DNA of 64,000 bases from Eledone cirrhosa. Lineage: Eukaryota. Shown one piece after another: positions 11,919-27,200 of the stretch. Numbering within the stretch: the stretch's first letter is position 1; every line of letters begins with the position of its first letter. The notes beneath the pieces are model-generated. The model made no database searches, was not told where the DNA came from, and was given only the letters and a program-made list of their open reading frames with translations. The DNA is taken from positions 245,954,001 through 246,018,000 of the forward strand of contig OZ024741.1 of the NCBI GenBank assembly GCA_964016885.1. Reading direction: 5' to 3'. A program made the translations under genes and the position numbers.

Positions 11919-14900
11919 GACGGCTGGAAATTATCTCCCCTTGATTTTTTTTACAAATTATCTCCCCCTGATTTTTTTTTACAAATTATCTGCCCCTGAT
12001 TTTTTTTTACAAATTATCTCCCCCTGATTTTTTTTTTAAAATTATCTCCCCCTGATTTTTTTTACAAATTATCTCCCCCTGATTTTTTTACAAATTATCT
12101 CCCCTTGGCTGGCTGGAAATTATCTCCCCTTGGAGGCTGGAACTTATGTCCCCTTGGACGGCTAGAAATGACCTCTCCTTGGACGGCTGGAAAATATGTC
12201 TCCTTGGACGGCTGGATATTATCTCCCCTTGGACGGCTGGAAATTATCTCCCCTTGGACGGCTGGAAATTATCTCCCCTTGGATGGCTAGATATTACCTC
12301 CCCTTGGACGGCTGGAAATTATCTCCCCTTGATTTTTTTTACAAATTATCTCCCCCTGATTTTTTTTTACAAATTTTCTCCCCCTGATTTTTGTTTACAA
12401 ATTATCTCCGCCTGATTTTTTTTTAAAAATTATCTCCCCTTGGACGGCTGGAAATTATCTCCCCTTGGACGGCTAGAAATTACCTCTCCTTGGACGGCTG
12501 AAAATTATCTCCCCTTGGACGGCTGGAAATTATCTCCCCTTGATTTTTTTACAAATAATCTCCCCCTGATTTTTTTTTACAAATTATCTCCCCCTGATTT
12601 TTTTTTTACAAATTATCTCCCCCTGATTTTTTTTTACAAATTATCTACCCCTGATTTTTTTTACAAATTATCTCCCCCTGATTTTTTTTACAAATTATCT
12701 CCCCCTGATTTTTTTTTACAAATTATCTCCCCCTGATTTTTTTACAAATTATCTCCCCCTGATTTTTTTTACAAATTATCTCCGCCTGATTTTTTTAAAT
12801 ATTATCTTCCCTTGGCTGGCGGGAAATTATCTCCCCTTGGACGGCTGAAAATTATCTCCCCTTGGACGGCTGGAAATTATCTCCCCTTGATTCTTTTTAC
12901 AAATTATCTCCCCCTGATTTTTTTTTACAAATTATCTCCCCCTGATTTTTTTACAAATTATCTCCCCCTGATTTTTTTTTACAAATTATCTCCCCCTGAT
13001 TTTTTTTACAAATTATTTCCCTCTGATTTTTTTGCAAATTATCTCCCCCTGATTTTTTTTTTACAAATTATCTCCCCCTGATTTTTTTTTACAAATTATC
13101 TCCCCCTGATTTTTTTTTACAAATTATCTCCCCCTGATTTTTTTTACAAATTATCTCCCCCCTGATTTTTTTACAAATTATCTCCCCTTGGCTGGCTGGA
13201 AATTATCTCCCCTTGGAGGCTGGAACTTATCTCCCCTTGGACGGCTAGAAATTACCTCTCCTTGGACGGCTGGAAAATATGTCTCCTTGGACGGCTGGAT
13301 ATTATCTCCCCTTGGACGGCTGGAAATTATCTCCCCTTGGACGGCTGGAAATTATCTCCCATTGGATGGCTAGATATTACCTCCCCTTGGACGGCTGGAA
13401 ATTATCTCCCCTTGATCTTTTTACAAATTATCTCCCCCTGATTTTTTTTTTACAAATTATCTCCCCCTGATTTTTTTTTACAAATTATCTACCCCTGATT
13501 TTTTTTTACAAATTATCTCCCCCTGATTTTTTTTACAAATTATCTCCCCCTGATTTTTTTTTTACAAATTATCTCCCCCTGATTTTTTTACAAATTATCT
13601 CCCACTGATTTTTTTTACAAATTATCTCCGCCTGATTTTTTTAAATATTATCTCTCCTTGGCTGGCGGGAAATTATCTCCCCTTGGACGGCTGGAAATTA
13701 TCTCCCCTTGGAAGGATGGAAATTATCTCCCCTTGGACGGCTGGAAATTATCTCTCCTTGGACGGCTAGAATTTACCTCTCCTTGGACGGCTGAAAATTA
13801 TCTCCCCTTGAACGGCTGGAAATTATCTCCCCTTGATTTTTTTTACAAATTATCTCCCCCTTTTTTTTTTTTACAAATTATCTCCCCCTGATTTTTTTTT
13901 ACAAATTATCTCCCCCTGATTTTTTTTTACAAATTATCTCCCCCTGATTTTTTTTACAAATTATCTCCCCCCTGAATTTTTTACAAATTATCTCCCCTTG
14001 GCTGGTTGGAAATTATCTCCCCTTGGAGGCTGGAACTTATCTCCCCTTGGACGGCTAGAAATTACCTCTCCTTGGACGGCTGGAAAATATGTCTCCTTGG
14101 ACGGCTGGATATTATCTCCCCTTGGACGGCTGGAAATTATCTCCCCTTGGACGGCTGGAAATTATCTCCCCTTGGATGGCTAGATATTACCTCCCCTTGG
14201 ACGGCTGGAAATTATCTCCCCTTGATTTTTTTAACAAATTATCTCCCCCTGATTTTTTTTACAAATTATCTCCCCCTGATTTTTTTTAAAAAATTATCTC
14301 CCCCTGATTTTTGTTTACAAATTATCTCCGCCTGATTTTTTTTAACAAATTATCTCCCCTTGGACGGCTGGAAATTATCTCCCCTTGGACGGCTGGAAAT
14401 TATATCTCCTTGGACGGCTAGAATTTACCTCTCCTTGGACGGCTGAAAATTATCTCCCCTTGGACGGCTGGAAATTATCTCCCCTTGATTTTTTTTACAA
14501 ATTATCTCCCCCTGATTTTTTTTTACAAATTATCTCCCCCTGATTTTTTTTTACAAATTATCTCCCCCTGATTTTTTTTTACAAATTATCTCCCCCTGAT
14601 TTTTTTACAAATTATCTCCCCTTGGCTGGCTGGAAATTATCTCCCCTTGGAGGCTGGAACTTATCTCCACTTGGACGGCTAGAAATTACCTCTCCTTGGA
14701 CGGCTGGAAAATATGTCTCCTTGGACGGCTGGATATTATCTCCCCTTGGACGGCTGGAAATTATCTCCCCTTGGACGGCTGGAAATTATCTCCCCTTGGA
14801 TGGCTAGATATTACCTCCCCTTGGACGGCTGGAAATTATCTCCCCTTGATTTTTTTTACAAATTATCTCCCCCTGATTTTTTTTTACAAATTATCTCCCC

Positions 14901-17900
14901 CTGATTTTTTTTTACAAATTATCTCCCCCTGATTTTTGTTTACAAATTATCTCCGCCTGATTTTTTTTTTTAAATTATCTCCCCTTGGACGGCTGGAAAT
15001 TATCTCCCCTTGGACGGCTAGAAATTACCTCTCCTTGGACGGCTGAAAATTATCTCCCCTTGGACGGCTGGAAATTATCTCCCCTTGATTTTTTTACAAA
15101 TTATCTCCCCCTGATTTTTTTTTTACAAATTATCTCCCCCTGATTTTTTTTTACAAATTATCTACCCCTGATTTTTTTTTACAAATTATCTCCCCCTGAT
15201 TTTTTTTTACAAATTATCTACCCCTGATTTTTTTTACAAATTATCTCCCCCTGATTTTTTTTACAAATTATCTCCCCCTGATTTTTTTTTTACAAATTAT
15301 CTCCCCCTGATTTTTTTACAAATTATCTCCCCCTGATTTTTTTTACAAATTATCTCCGCCGGATTTTTTTAAATATTATCTTCCCTTGGCTTGCGGGAAA
15401 TTATCTCCCCTTGGACGGCTGAAAATTATCTCCCCTTGGACGGCTGGAAATTATCTCCCCTTGATTTTTTTTACAAATTATCTCCCCCTGATTTTTTTTT
15501 ACAAATTATCTCCCCCTGATTTTTTTTACAAATTATCTCCCCCTGATTTTTTTTACAAATTATCTCCCCCTGATTTTTTTTACAAATTATCTCCCCCTGA
15601 TTTTTTTTTACAAATTATCTCCCCCTGATTTTTTTACAAATTATCTCCCCCTGATTTTTTTTACAAATTATCTCCGCCTGATTTTTTAAAATATTATCTT
15701 CCCTTGGCTGGCGGGAAATTATCTCCCCTGGACGGCTGGAAATTATCTGCCCTTGATTTTCTTTTTACAAATTAACTTCCACTGATTTTTTTTACAAATT
15801 ATCTCCACCTGATTTTTTTAAAAATTATCTCCCCTTGGAAGGCTGGAAATTATCTCCCCTTGGCTGGAAATTATCTCCCCTTGGACGGCTAGAAATTATC
15901 TCTCTTTGGACGGCTGGAAATTATCACCCCTTGAGTTTTTTACAAATTATCTCCCCCTGATTTTTTTTACAAATCTCCCAGTGATTTTTAAAAAAAAATT
16001 ATCTTCCCTTCGCTGGCTGGAAATTATCTCCCCTTGGACGCTGGAAATTATAGCCCCTTGGAGGGCTGGAAATTATCTTCCCTTGGACGGCTGGAAATTA
16101 CCTCCCCTTGATTTTTTTTACAAATTATCTCCCCCTGATTTTTTTTTACAAATTATCTCCCCCTGATTTTTTTTTACAACTTATCTGCGCCTGATTTTTT
16201 TAAAAAAATTATCTCCCCTTGGACGGCTGGAAATTATCTCCCTTTGGACGGCTGGAAATTATCTCTCCTTGGACGGCTAGAATTTACCTCTCCTTGGACG
16301 GCTGAAAATTATCTCCCCTTGGACGGCTGGAAATTATCTCCCCTTGATTTTTTTTACAAATTATCTCCCCCTGATTTTTTTTTACAAATTATCTCCCCCT
16401 GATTTTTTTACAAATTATCTCCCACTGATTTTTTTTACAAATTATCTCCGCCTGATTTTTTTAAATATTATCTCTCCTTGGCTGGCGGGAAATTATCTCC
16501 CCTTGGACGGCTGGAAATTATCTCCCCTTGGAAGGATGGAAATTATCTCCCCTTGGACGGCTGGAAATTATCTACCCCTGATTTTTTTTACAAATTATCT
16601 CCCCCTGATTTTTTTTACAAATTATCTCCCCCTGATTTTTTTTACAAATTATCTACCCCTGATTTTTTTTACAAATTATCTCCCCCTGATTTTTTTTTAC
16701 AAATTATCTCCCCCTGATTTTTTTTACAAATTATCTACCCCTGATTTTTTTACAAATTATCTCCCCCTGATTTTTTTTACAATCTCCGCCTGATTTTTTT
16801 AAAAATTGTCTTCCCTTGGCTGGCTGGAAATTATCTCCCCTTGGACACTGGAAATTATAGCCCCTTGGAGGGCTGGAAATTATCTTCCCTTGGACGGCTG
16901 GAAATTATCTCCCCTTGATTTTTTTTACAAATTATCTCCGCCTGATTTTTTTTTACAAATTATCTCCCCCTGATTTTTTTTTACAAATTATCTACCCCTG
17001 ATTTTTTTTTACAAATTATCTCCCCCTGATTTTTTTTACAAATTATCTCCCCCTGATTTTTCTTTTACAAATTATCTCCCCCTGATTTTTTTACAAATTA
17101 TCTCCCCTTGATTTTTTTTACAAATTATCTCCGCCTGATTTTTTTAAATATTATCTTCCCTTGGCTGGCGGGAAATTATCTCCCCTTGGACGGCTGGAAA
17201 TTATCTGCCCTTGATTTTCTTTTTACAAATTATCTTCCACTGATTTTTTTTACAAATTATCTCCACCTGATTTTTTAAAAAATTATCTCCCCTTGGAAGG
17301 CTGGAAATTATCTCCCCTTGGACGGCTGGAAATTATCTCCCCTTGGACGGCTAGAAATTATCTCTCCTTGGACGGCTGAAAATTATCTCCCCTTGGACGG
17401 CTGCAAATTATCTCCCCTTGATTTTTTTTACAAATTATCTCCCCCTGATTTTTTTTACAAATTATCTCCCCCTGATTTTTTTACAAATTATCTACCCCTG
17501 ATTTTTTTTACAAATTATCTCCCCCTGATTTTTTTTTACAAATTATCTCCCCCTGATTTTTTTTTACAAATTATCTCCCCCTGATTTTTTTTTTACAAAT
17601 TATCTCCCCCTGATTTTTTTACAAATTATCTCCCCCTGATTTTTTTTACAATCTCCGCCTGATTTTTTTAAAAATTATCTTCCCTTGGCTGGCGGGAAAT
17701 TATCTCCCCTTGGACGGCTGGAAATTATCTCCCCTTGGAAGGATGGAAATTATCTCCCCTTGGACGGCTGGAAATTATCTCCCCTTGCACGGCTGGAAAT
17801 TATCTCCCCTTGGCTGGAAATTATCTCCCCTTGGACGGCTAGAAATTATCTCTCTTTGGACGGCTGGAAATTATCTCCCTTTGATTTTTTTTACAAATTA

Positions 17901-18263
17901 TCTCCCTCTGATTTTTTTTACAAATCTCCCCCTGATTTTTTTAAAAAAATTATCTCCCCTTCGCTGGCTGGAAATTATCTTCCCTTGGACGGCTGGAAAT
18001 TATCTCCCCTTGATTTTTTTTACAAATTATCTCCGCCTGATTTTTTTTTTAAATTATCTCTCCTTGGACGGCTGGAAATTATCTCCCCTTGATTTTTTTT
18101 ACAAATAATCTCCCCCTGATTTTTTTTTATAAATTATCTCCCCCTGATTTTTTTTTACAAATTATCTACCCCTGATTTTTTTTTACAAATTATCTCCCCC
18201 TGATTTTTCCTTTACAAATTATCTCCCCCTGATTTTTTTACAAATTATCTCCCCCTGATTTTT

Positions 18264-21200
18264 TTTACAAATTGTCTCCGCCTGATTTTTTTAAATATTA
18301 TCTTCCCTTGGCTGGCGGGAAATTACCTCCCCTTGGACGGCTGGAAATTATCTGCCCTTGATTTTCTTTTTACAAATTATCTTCCACTGATTTTTTTTAC
18401 AAATTATCTCCACCTGATTTTTTAAAAAATTATCTCCCCTTGGAAGGCTGGAAATTATCTCCCCTTGGACGGCTAGAAATTATCTCTCTTTGGACGGCTG
18501 GAAATTATCACCCCTTGAGTTTTTTACAAATTATCTCCCCCTGATTTTTTTTACAAATCTCCCAGTGATTTTTTAAAAAAAATTATCTCCCCTTCGCTGG
18601 CTGGAAATTATCTCCCCTTGGACGCTGGAAATTATAGCCCCTTGGAGGGCTGGAAATTATCTTCCCTTGGACGGCTGGAAATTATCTCCCCTTGATTTTT
18701 TTTACAAATTATCTCCCCCTGATTTTTTTTTACAAATTATCTCCCCCTGATGTTTTTTTACAACTTATCTGCGCCTGATTTTTTTAAAAAAATTATCTCC
18801 CCTTGGACGGCTGGAAATTATCTCCCCTTGGACGGCTGGAAATTATCTCTCCTTGGACGGCTAGAATTTACCTCTCCTTGGACGGCTGAAAATTATCTCC
18901 CCTTGAACGGCTGGAAATTATCTCCCCTTGATTTTTTTTACAAATTATCTCCCCCTTTTTTTTTTTTACAAATTATCTCCCCCTGATTTTTTTTTACAAA
19001 TTATCTCCCCCTGATTTTTTTTTACAAATTATCTCCCCCTGATTTTTTTTACAAATTATCTCCCCCCTGATTTTTTTACAAATTATCTCCCCTTGGCTGG
19101 TTGGAAATTATCTCCCCTTGGAGGCTGGAACTTATCTCCCCTTGGACGGCTAGAAATTACCTCTCCTTGGACGGCTGGAAAATATGTCTCCTTGGACGGC
19201 TGGATATTATCTCCCCTTGGACGGCTGGAAATTATCTCCCCTTGGACGGCTGGAAATTATCTCCCCTTGGATGGCTAGATATTACCTCCCCTTGGACGGC
19301 TGGAAATTATCTCCCCTTGATTTTTTTAACAAATTATCTCGCCCTGATTTTTTTTACAAATTATCTCCCCCTGATTTTTTTAAAAAAATTATCTCCCCCT
19401 GATTTTTGTTTACAAATTATCTCCGCCTGATTTTTTTTAACAAATTATCTCCCCTTGGACGGCTGGAAATTATCTCCCCTTGGACGGCTGGAAATTATAT
19501 CTCCTTGGACGGCTAGAATTTACCTCTCCTTGGACGGCTGAAAATTATCTCCCCTTGGACGGCTGGAAATTATCTCCCCTTGATTTTTTTTACAAATTAT
19601 CTCCCCCTGATTTTTTTTTACAAATTATCTCCCCCTGATTTTTTTTTACAAATTATCTCCCCCTGATTTTTTTTTACAAATTATCTCCCCCTGATTTTTT
19701 TACAAATTATCTCCCCTTGGCTGGCTGGAAATTATCTCCCCTTGGAGGCTGGAACTTATCTCCACTTGGACGGCTAGAAATTACCTCTCCTTGGACGGCT
19801 GGAAAATATGTCTCCTTGGACGGCTGGATATTATCTCCCCTTGGACGGCTGGAAATTATCTCCCCTTGGACGGCTGGAAATTATCTCCCCTTGGATGGCT
19901 AGATATTACCTCCCCTTGGACGGCTGGAAATTATCTCCCCTTGATTTTTTTTACAAATTATCTCCCCCTGATTTTTTTTTACAAATTATCTCCCCCTGAT
20001 TTTTTTTTACAAATTATCTCCCCCTGATTTTTGTTTACAAATTATCTCCGCCTGATTTTTTTTTTAAAATTATCTCCCCTTGGACGGCTGGAAATTATCT
20101 CCCCTTGGACGGCTAGAAATTACCTCTCCTTGGACGGCTGAAAATTATCTCCCCTTGGACGGCTGGAAATTATCTCCCCTTGATTTTTTTACAAATTATC
20201 TCCCCTTGATTTTTTTTTTACAAATTATCTCCCCCTGATTTTTTTTTACAAATTATCTACCCCTGATTTTTTTTTACAAATTATCTCCCCCTGATTTTTT
20301 TTTACAAATTATCTACCCCTGATTTTTTTTACAAATTATCTCCCCCTGATTTTTTTTACAAATTATCTCCCCCTGATTTTTTTTTTACAAATTATCTCCC
20401 CCTGATTTTTTTACAAATTATCTCCCCCTGATTTTTTTTACAAATTATCTCCGCCGGATTTTTTTAAATATTATCTTCCCTTGGCTTGCGGGAAATTATC
20501 TCCCCTTGGACGGCTGAAAATTATCTCCCCTTGGACGGCTGGAAATTATCTCCCCTTGATTTTTTTTACAAATTATCTCCCCCTGATTTTTTTTTACAAA
20601 TTATCTCCCCCTGATTTTTTTTACAAATTATCTCCCCCTGATTTTTTTTTACAAATTATCTCCCCCTGATTTTTTTTACAAATTATCTCCCCCTGATTTT
20701 TTTTACAAATTATCTCCCCCTGATTTTTTTTTACAAATTATCTCCCCCTGATTTTTTTTTACAAATTATCTCCCCCTGATTTTTTTACAAATTATCTCCC
20801 CTTGGCTGGCTGGAAATTATCTCCCCTTGGAGGCTGGAACTTATCTCCACTTGGACGGCTAGAAATTACCTCTCCTTGGACGGCTGGAAAATATGTCTCC
20901 TTGGACGGCTGGATATTATCTCCCCTTGGACGGCTGGAAATTATCTCCCCTTGGACGGCTGGAAATTATCTCCCCTTGGATGGCTAGATATTACCTCCCC
21001 TTGGACGGCTGGAAATTATCTCCCCTTGATTTTTTTTACAAATTATCTCCCCCTGATTTTTTTTTACAAATTATCTCCCCCTGATTTTTTTTTACAAATT
21101 ATCTCCCCCTGATTTTTGTTTACAAATTATCTCCGCCTGATTTTTTTTTTAAAATTATCTCCCCTTGGACGGCTGGAAATTATCTCCCCTTGGACGGCTA

Positions 21201-24200
21201 GAAATTACCTCTCCTTGGACGGCTGAAAATTATCTCCCCTTGGACGGCTGGAAATTATCTCCCCTTGATTTTTTTACAAATTATCTCCCCTTGATTTTTT
21301 TTTTACAAATTATCTCCCCCTGATTTTTTTTTACAAATTATCTACCCCTGATTTTTTTTTACAAATTATCTCCCCCTGATTTTTTTTTACAAATTATCTA
21401 CCCCTGATTTTTTTTACAAATTATCTCCCCCTGATTTTTTTTACAAATTATCTCCCCCTGATTTTTTTTTTACAAATTATCTCCCCCTGATTTTTTTACA
21501 AATTATCTCCTCCTGATTTTTTTTACAAATTATCTCCGCCGGATTTTTTTAAATATTATCTTCCCTTGGCTTGCGGGAAATTATCTCCCCTTGGACGGCT
21601 GAAAATTATCTCCCCTTGGACGGCTGGAAATTATCTCCCCTTGATTTTTTTTACAAATTATCTCCCCCTGATTTTTTTTTACAAATTATCTCCCCCTGAT
21701 TTTTTTTACAAATTATCTCCCCCTGATTTTTTTTTACAAATTATCTCCCCCTGATTTTTTTTACAAATTATCTCCCCCTGATTTTTTTTACAAATTATCT
21801 CCCCCTGATTTTTTTTTACAAATTATCTCCCCCTGATTTTTTTACAAATTATCTCCCCCTGATTTTTTTTACAAATTATCTCCGCCTGATTTTTTAAAAT
21901 ATTATCTTCCCTTGGCTGGCGGGAAATTATCTCCCCTTGGACGGCTGGAAATTATCTGCCCTTGATTTTCTTTTTACAAATTAACTTCCACTGATTTTTT
22001 TTACAAATTATCTCCACCTGATTTTTTTAAAAATTATCTCCCCTTGGAAGGCTGGAAATTATCTCCCCTTGGCTGGAAATTATCGCCCCTTGGACGGCTA
22101 GAAATTATCTCTCTTTGGACGGCTGGAAATTATCACCCCTTGAGTTTTTTACAAATTATCTCCCCCTGATTTTTTTTACAAATCTCCCAGTGATTTTTAA
22201 AAAAAAATTATCTTCCCTTCGCTGGCTGGAAATTATCTCCCCTTGGACGCTGGAAATTATAGCCCCTTGGAGGGCTGGAAATTATCTTCCCTTGGACGGC
22301 TGGAAATTATCTCCCCTTGATTTTTTTTACAAATTATCTCCCCCTGATTTTTTTTTACAAATTATCCCCCCCTGATTTTTTTTTACAACTTATCTGCGCC
22401 TGATTTTTTTAAAAAAATTATCTCCCCTTGGACGGCTGGAAATTATCTCCCCTTGGACGGCTGGAAATTATCTCTCCTTGGACGGCTAGAATTTACCTCT
22501 CCTTGGACGGCTAAAAATTATCTCCCCTTGGACGGCTGGAAATTATCTCCCCTTGATTTTTTTTACAAATTATCTCCCCCTGATTTTTTTTTACAAATTA
22601 TCTCCCCCTGATTTTTTTTACAAATTATCTCCCCCTGATTTTTTTTTACAAATTATCTCCCCCTGATTTTTTTTTACAAATTATCTCCCCCTGATTTTTT
22701 TTTACAAATTATCTCCCCCTGATTTTTTTTTACAAATTATCTCCCCCTGATTTTTTTTTACAAATTATCTCCCCCTGATTTTTTTTTACAAATTATCTCC
22801 GCCTGATTTTTTTTAAAAATTACCTCCCCTTGGACGGCTGGAAATTATCTCCCCTTGGACGGCTGGAAATTATCTCCCCTTGGACGGCTAGAAATTATCT
22901 CTCCTTGGACGGCTGAAAATTATCTCCCCTTGGACGGCTGCAAATTATCTCCACTTGATTTTTTTTACAAATTATCTCCCCCTGATTTTTTTTACAAATT
23001 ATCTCCCCCTGATTTTTTTTACAAATTATCTACCCCTGATTTTTTTTACAAATTATCTCCCCCTGATTTTTTTTTACAAATTATCTCCCCCTGATTTTTT
23101 TTTACAAATTATCTCCCCCTGATTTTTCTTTTACAAATTATCTCCCCCTGATTTTTTTACATAGTATCTCCCCCTGATTTTTTTTACAATCTCCGCCTGA
23201 TTTTTTTAAAAATTATCTTCCCTTGGCTGGCGGGAAATTATCTCCCCTTGGACGGCTGGAAATTATCTCCCCTTGGAAGGATGGAAATTATCTCCCCTTG
23301 GACGGCTGGAAATTATCTCCCCTTGCACGGCTGGAAATTATCTCCCCTTGGACGGATAGATATTACCTCCCCTTGGACGGCTGGAAATTATCTCCCCTTG
23401 ATTTTTTTACAAATTATCTCCCCCTGATTTATTTTACAAATCTCCCAATGATTTTTAAAAAAAAATTATCTCCCCTTCGCTGGCTGGAAATTATCTCCCC
23501 TTGGACGCTGGAAATTATAGCCCCTTGGAGGGCTGGAAATTATCTTCCCTTGGACGGCTGGAAATTATCTCCCCTTGATTTTTTTTACAAATTATCTCCC
23601 CCTGATTTTTTTTACAAATTATCTCCCCCTGATTTTTTTTACAAATTATCTACCCCTGATTTTTTTTACAAATTATCTCCCCCTGATTTTTTTTTACAAA
23701 TTATCTCCCCCTGATTTTTTTTTACAAATTATCTCCCCCTGATTTTTTTACAAATTATCTCCCCCTGATTTTTTTTTACAATCTCCGCCTGATTTTTTTA
23801 AAAATTATCTTCCCTTGGCTGGCTGGAAATTATCTCCCCTTGGACACTGGAAATTATAGCCCCTTGGAGGGCTGGAAATTATCTTCCCTTGGACGGCTGG
23901 AAATTATCTCCCCTTGATTTTTTTTACAAATTAACTCCGCCTGATTTTTTTTTACAAATTATCTCCCCCTGATTTTTTTTTACAAATTATCTACCCCTGA
24001 TTTTTTTTTACAAATTATCTCCCCCTGATTTTTTTTACAAATTATCTCCCCCTGATTTTTCTTTTACAAATTATCTCCCCCTGATTTTTTTACAAATTAT
24101 CTCCCCCTGATTTTTTTTACAAATTATCTCCGCCTGATTTTTTTAAATATTATCTTCCCTTGGCTGGCGGGAAATTATCTCCCCTTGGACGGCTGGAAAT

Positions 24201-27200
24201 TATCTGCCCTTGATTTTCTTTTTACAAATTATCTTCCACTGATTTTTTTTACAAATTATCTCCACCTGATTTTTTAAAAAATTATCTCCCCTTGGAAGGC
24301 TGGAAATTATCTCCCCTTGGACGGCTGGAAATTATCTCCCCTTGGACGGCTAGAAATTATCTCTCCTTGGACGGCTGAAAATTATCTCCCCTTGGACGGC
24401 TGCAAATTATCTCCCCTTGATTTTTTTTACAAATTATCTCCCCCTGATTTTTTTTTACAAATTATCTCCCCCTGATTTTTTTTTACAAATTATCTCCCCC
24501 TGATTTTTTTTTACAAATTATCTCCCCCTGATTTTTTTTTACAAATTATCTCCCCCTGATTTTTTTTTACAAATTATCTCCGCCTGATTTTTTTTAAAAA
24601 TTACCTCCCCTTGGACGGCTGGAAATTATCTCCCCTTGGACGGCTGGAAATTATCTCCCCTTGGACGGCTAGAAATTATCTCTCCTTGGACGGCTGAAAA
24701 TTATCTCCCCTTGGACGGCTGCAAATTATCTCCACTTGATTTTTTTTACAAATTATCTCCCCCTGATTTTTTTTACAAATTATCTCCCCCTGATTTTTTT
24801 TACAAATTATCTACCCCTGATTTTTTTTACAAATTATCTCCCCCTGATTTTTTTTTACAAATTATCTCCCCCTGATTTTTTTTTACAAATTATCTCCCCC
24901 TGATTTTTCTTTTACAAATTATCTCCCCCTGATTTTTTTACAAAGTATCTCCCCCTGATTTTTTTTACAATCTCCGCCTGATTTTTTTAAAAATTATCTT
25001 CCCTTGGCTGGCGGGAAATTATCTCCCCTTGGACGGCTGGAAATTATCTCCCCTTGGAAGGATGGAAATTATCTCCCCTTGGACGGCTGGAAATTATCTC
25101 CCCTTGCACGGCTGGAAATTATCTCCCCTTGGACGGATAGATATTACCTCCCCTTGGACGGCTGGAAATTATCTCCCCTTGATTTTTTTACAAATTATCT
25201 CCCCCTGATTTATTTTACAAATCTCCCAATGATTTTTAAAAAAAAATTATCTCCCCTTCGCTGGCTGGAAATTATCTCCCCTTGGACGCTGGAAATTATA
25301 GCCCCTTGGAGGGCTGGAAATTATCTTCCCTTGGACGGCTGGAAATTATCTCCCCTTGATTTTTTTTACAAATTATCTCCCCCTGATTTTTTTTACAAAT
25401 TATCTCCCCCTGATTTTTTTTACAAATTATCTACCCCTGATTTTTTTTACAAATTATCTCCCCCTGATTTTTTTTTACAAATTATCTCCCCCTGATTTTT
25501 TTTTACAAATTATCTCCCCCTGATTTTTTTACAAATTATCTCCCCCTGATTTTTTTTTACAATCTCCGCCTGATTTTTTTAAAAATTATCTTCCCTTGGC
25601 TGGCTGGAAATTATCTCCCCTTGGACACTGGAAATTATAGCCCCTTGGAGGGCTGGAAATTATCTTCCCTTGGACGGCTGGAAATTATCTCCCCTTGCAC
25701 GGCTGGAAATTATCTCCCCTTGGCTGGAAATTATCTCCCCTTGGACGGCTAGAAATTATCTCTCTTTGGACGGCTGGAAATTATCTCCCTTTGATTTTTT
25801 TTACAAATTATCTCCCTCTGATTTTTTTTACAAATCTCCCCCTGATTTTTTTAAAAAAATTATCTCCCCTTCGCTGGCTGGAAATTATCTTCCCTTGGAC
25901 GGCTGGAAATTATCTCCCCTTGATTTTTTTTACAAATTATCTCCGCCTGATTTTTTTTTTAAATTATCTCTCCTTGGACGGCTGGAAATTATCTCCCCTT
26001 GATTTTTTTTACAAATAATCTCCCCCTGATTTTTTTTTATAAATTATCTCCCCCTGATTTTTTTTTACAAATTATCTACCCCTGATTTTTTTTTACAAAT
26101 TATCTCCCCCTGATTTTTTTTACAAATTATCTCCCCCTGATTTTTCTTTTACAAATTATCTCCCCCTGATTTTTTTACAAATTATCTCCCCCTGATTTTT
26201 TTTACAAATTGTCTCCGCCTGATTTTTTTAAATATTATCTTCCCTTGGCTGGCGGGAAATTACCTCCCCTTGGACGGCTGGAAATTATCTGCCCTTGATT
26301 TTCTTTTTACAAATTATCTTCCACTGATTTTTTTTACAAATTATCTCCACCTGATTTTTTAAAAAATTATCTCCCCTTGGAAGGCTGGAAATTATCTCCC
26401 CTTGGACGGCTAGAAATTATCTCTCTTTGGACGGCTGGAAATTATCACCCCTTGAGTTTTTTACAAATTATCTCCCCCTGATTTTTTTTACAAATCTCCC
26501 AGTGATTTTTAAAAAAAAATTATCTCCCCTTCGCTGGCTGGAAATTATCTCCCCTTGGACGCTGGAAATTATAGCCCCTTGGAGGGCTGGAAATTATCTT
26601 CCCTTGGACGGCTGGAAATTATCTCCCCTTGGACGGCTGGAAATTATATCTCCTTGGACGGCTAGAATTTACCTCTCCTTGGACGGCTGAAAATTATCTC
26701 CCCTTGGACGGCTGGAAATTATCTCCCCTTGATTTTTTTTACAAATTATCTCCCCCTGATTTTTTTTTACAAATTATCTCCCCCTGATTTTTTTTTACAA
26801 ATTATCTCCCCCTGATTTTTTTTTACAAATTATCTCCCCCTGATTTTTTTACAAATTATCTCCCCTTGGCTGGCTGGAAATTATCTCCCCTTGGAGGCTG
26901 GAACTTATCTCCACTTGGACGGCTAGAAATTACCTCTCCTTGGACGGCTGGAAAATATGTCTCCTTGGACGGCTGGATATTATCTCCCCTTGGACGGCTG
27001 GAAATTATCTCCCCTTGGACGGCTGGAAATTATCTCCCCTTGGATGGCTAGATATTACCTCCCCTTGGACGGCTGGAAATTATCTCCCCTTGATTTTTTT
27101 TACAAATTATCTCCCCCTGATTTTTTTTTACAAATTATCTCCCCCTGATTTTTTTTTACAAATTATCTCCCCCTGATTTTTGTTTACAAATTATCTCCGC

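Larger units (their letters stand above)
318..22854. repeat. HOR period 1 (22,537 bp) = 15,894-bp basic period + 5,553-bp mosaic insert + 1,085-bp duplication + small monomer indels
   Basis: The same landmark string recurs at 318, 22855, 41570 and 57464. The arithmetic closes exactly: 15894+5553+1085+56-24-27=22537. The start phase is arbitrary. Confidence 0.88.
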
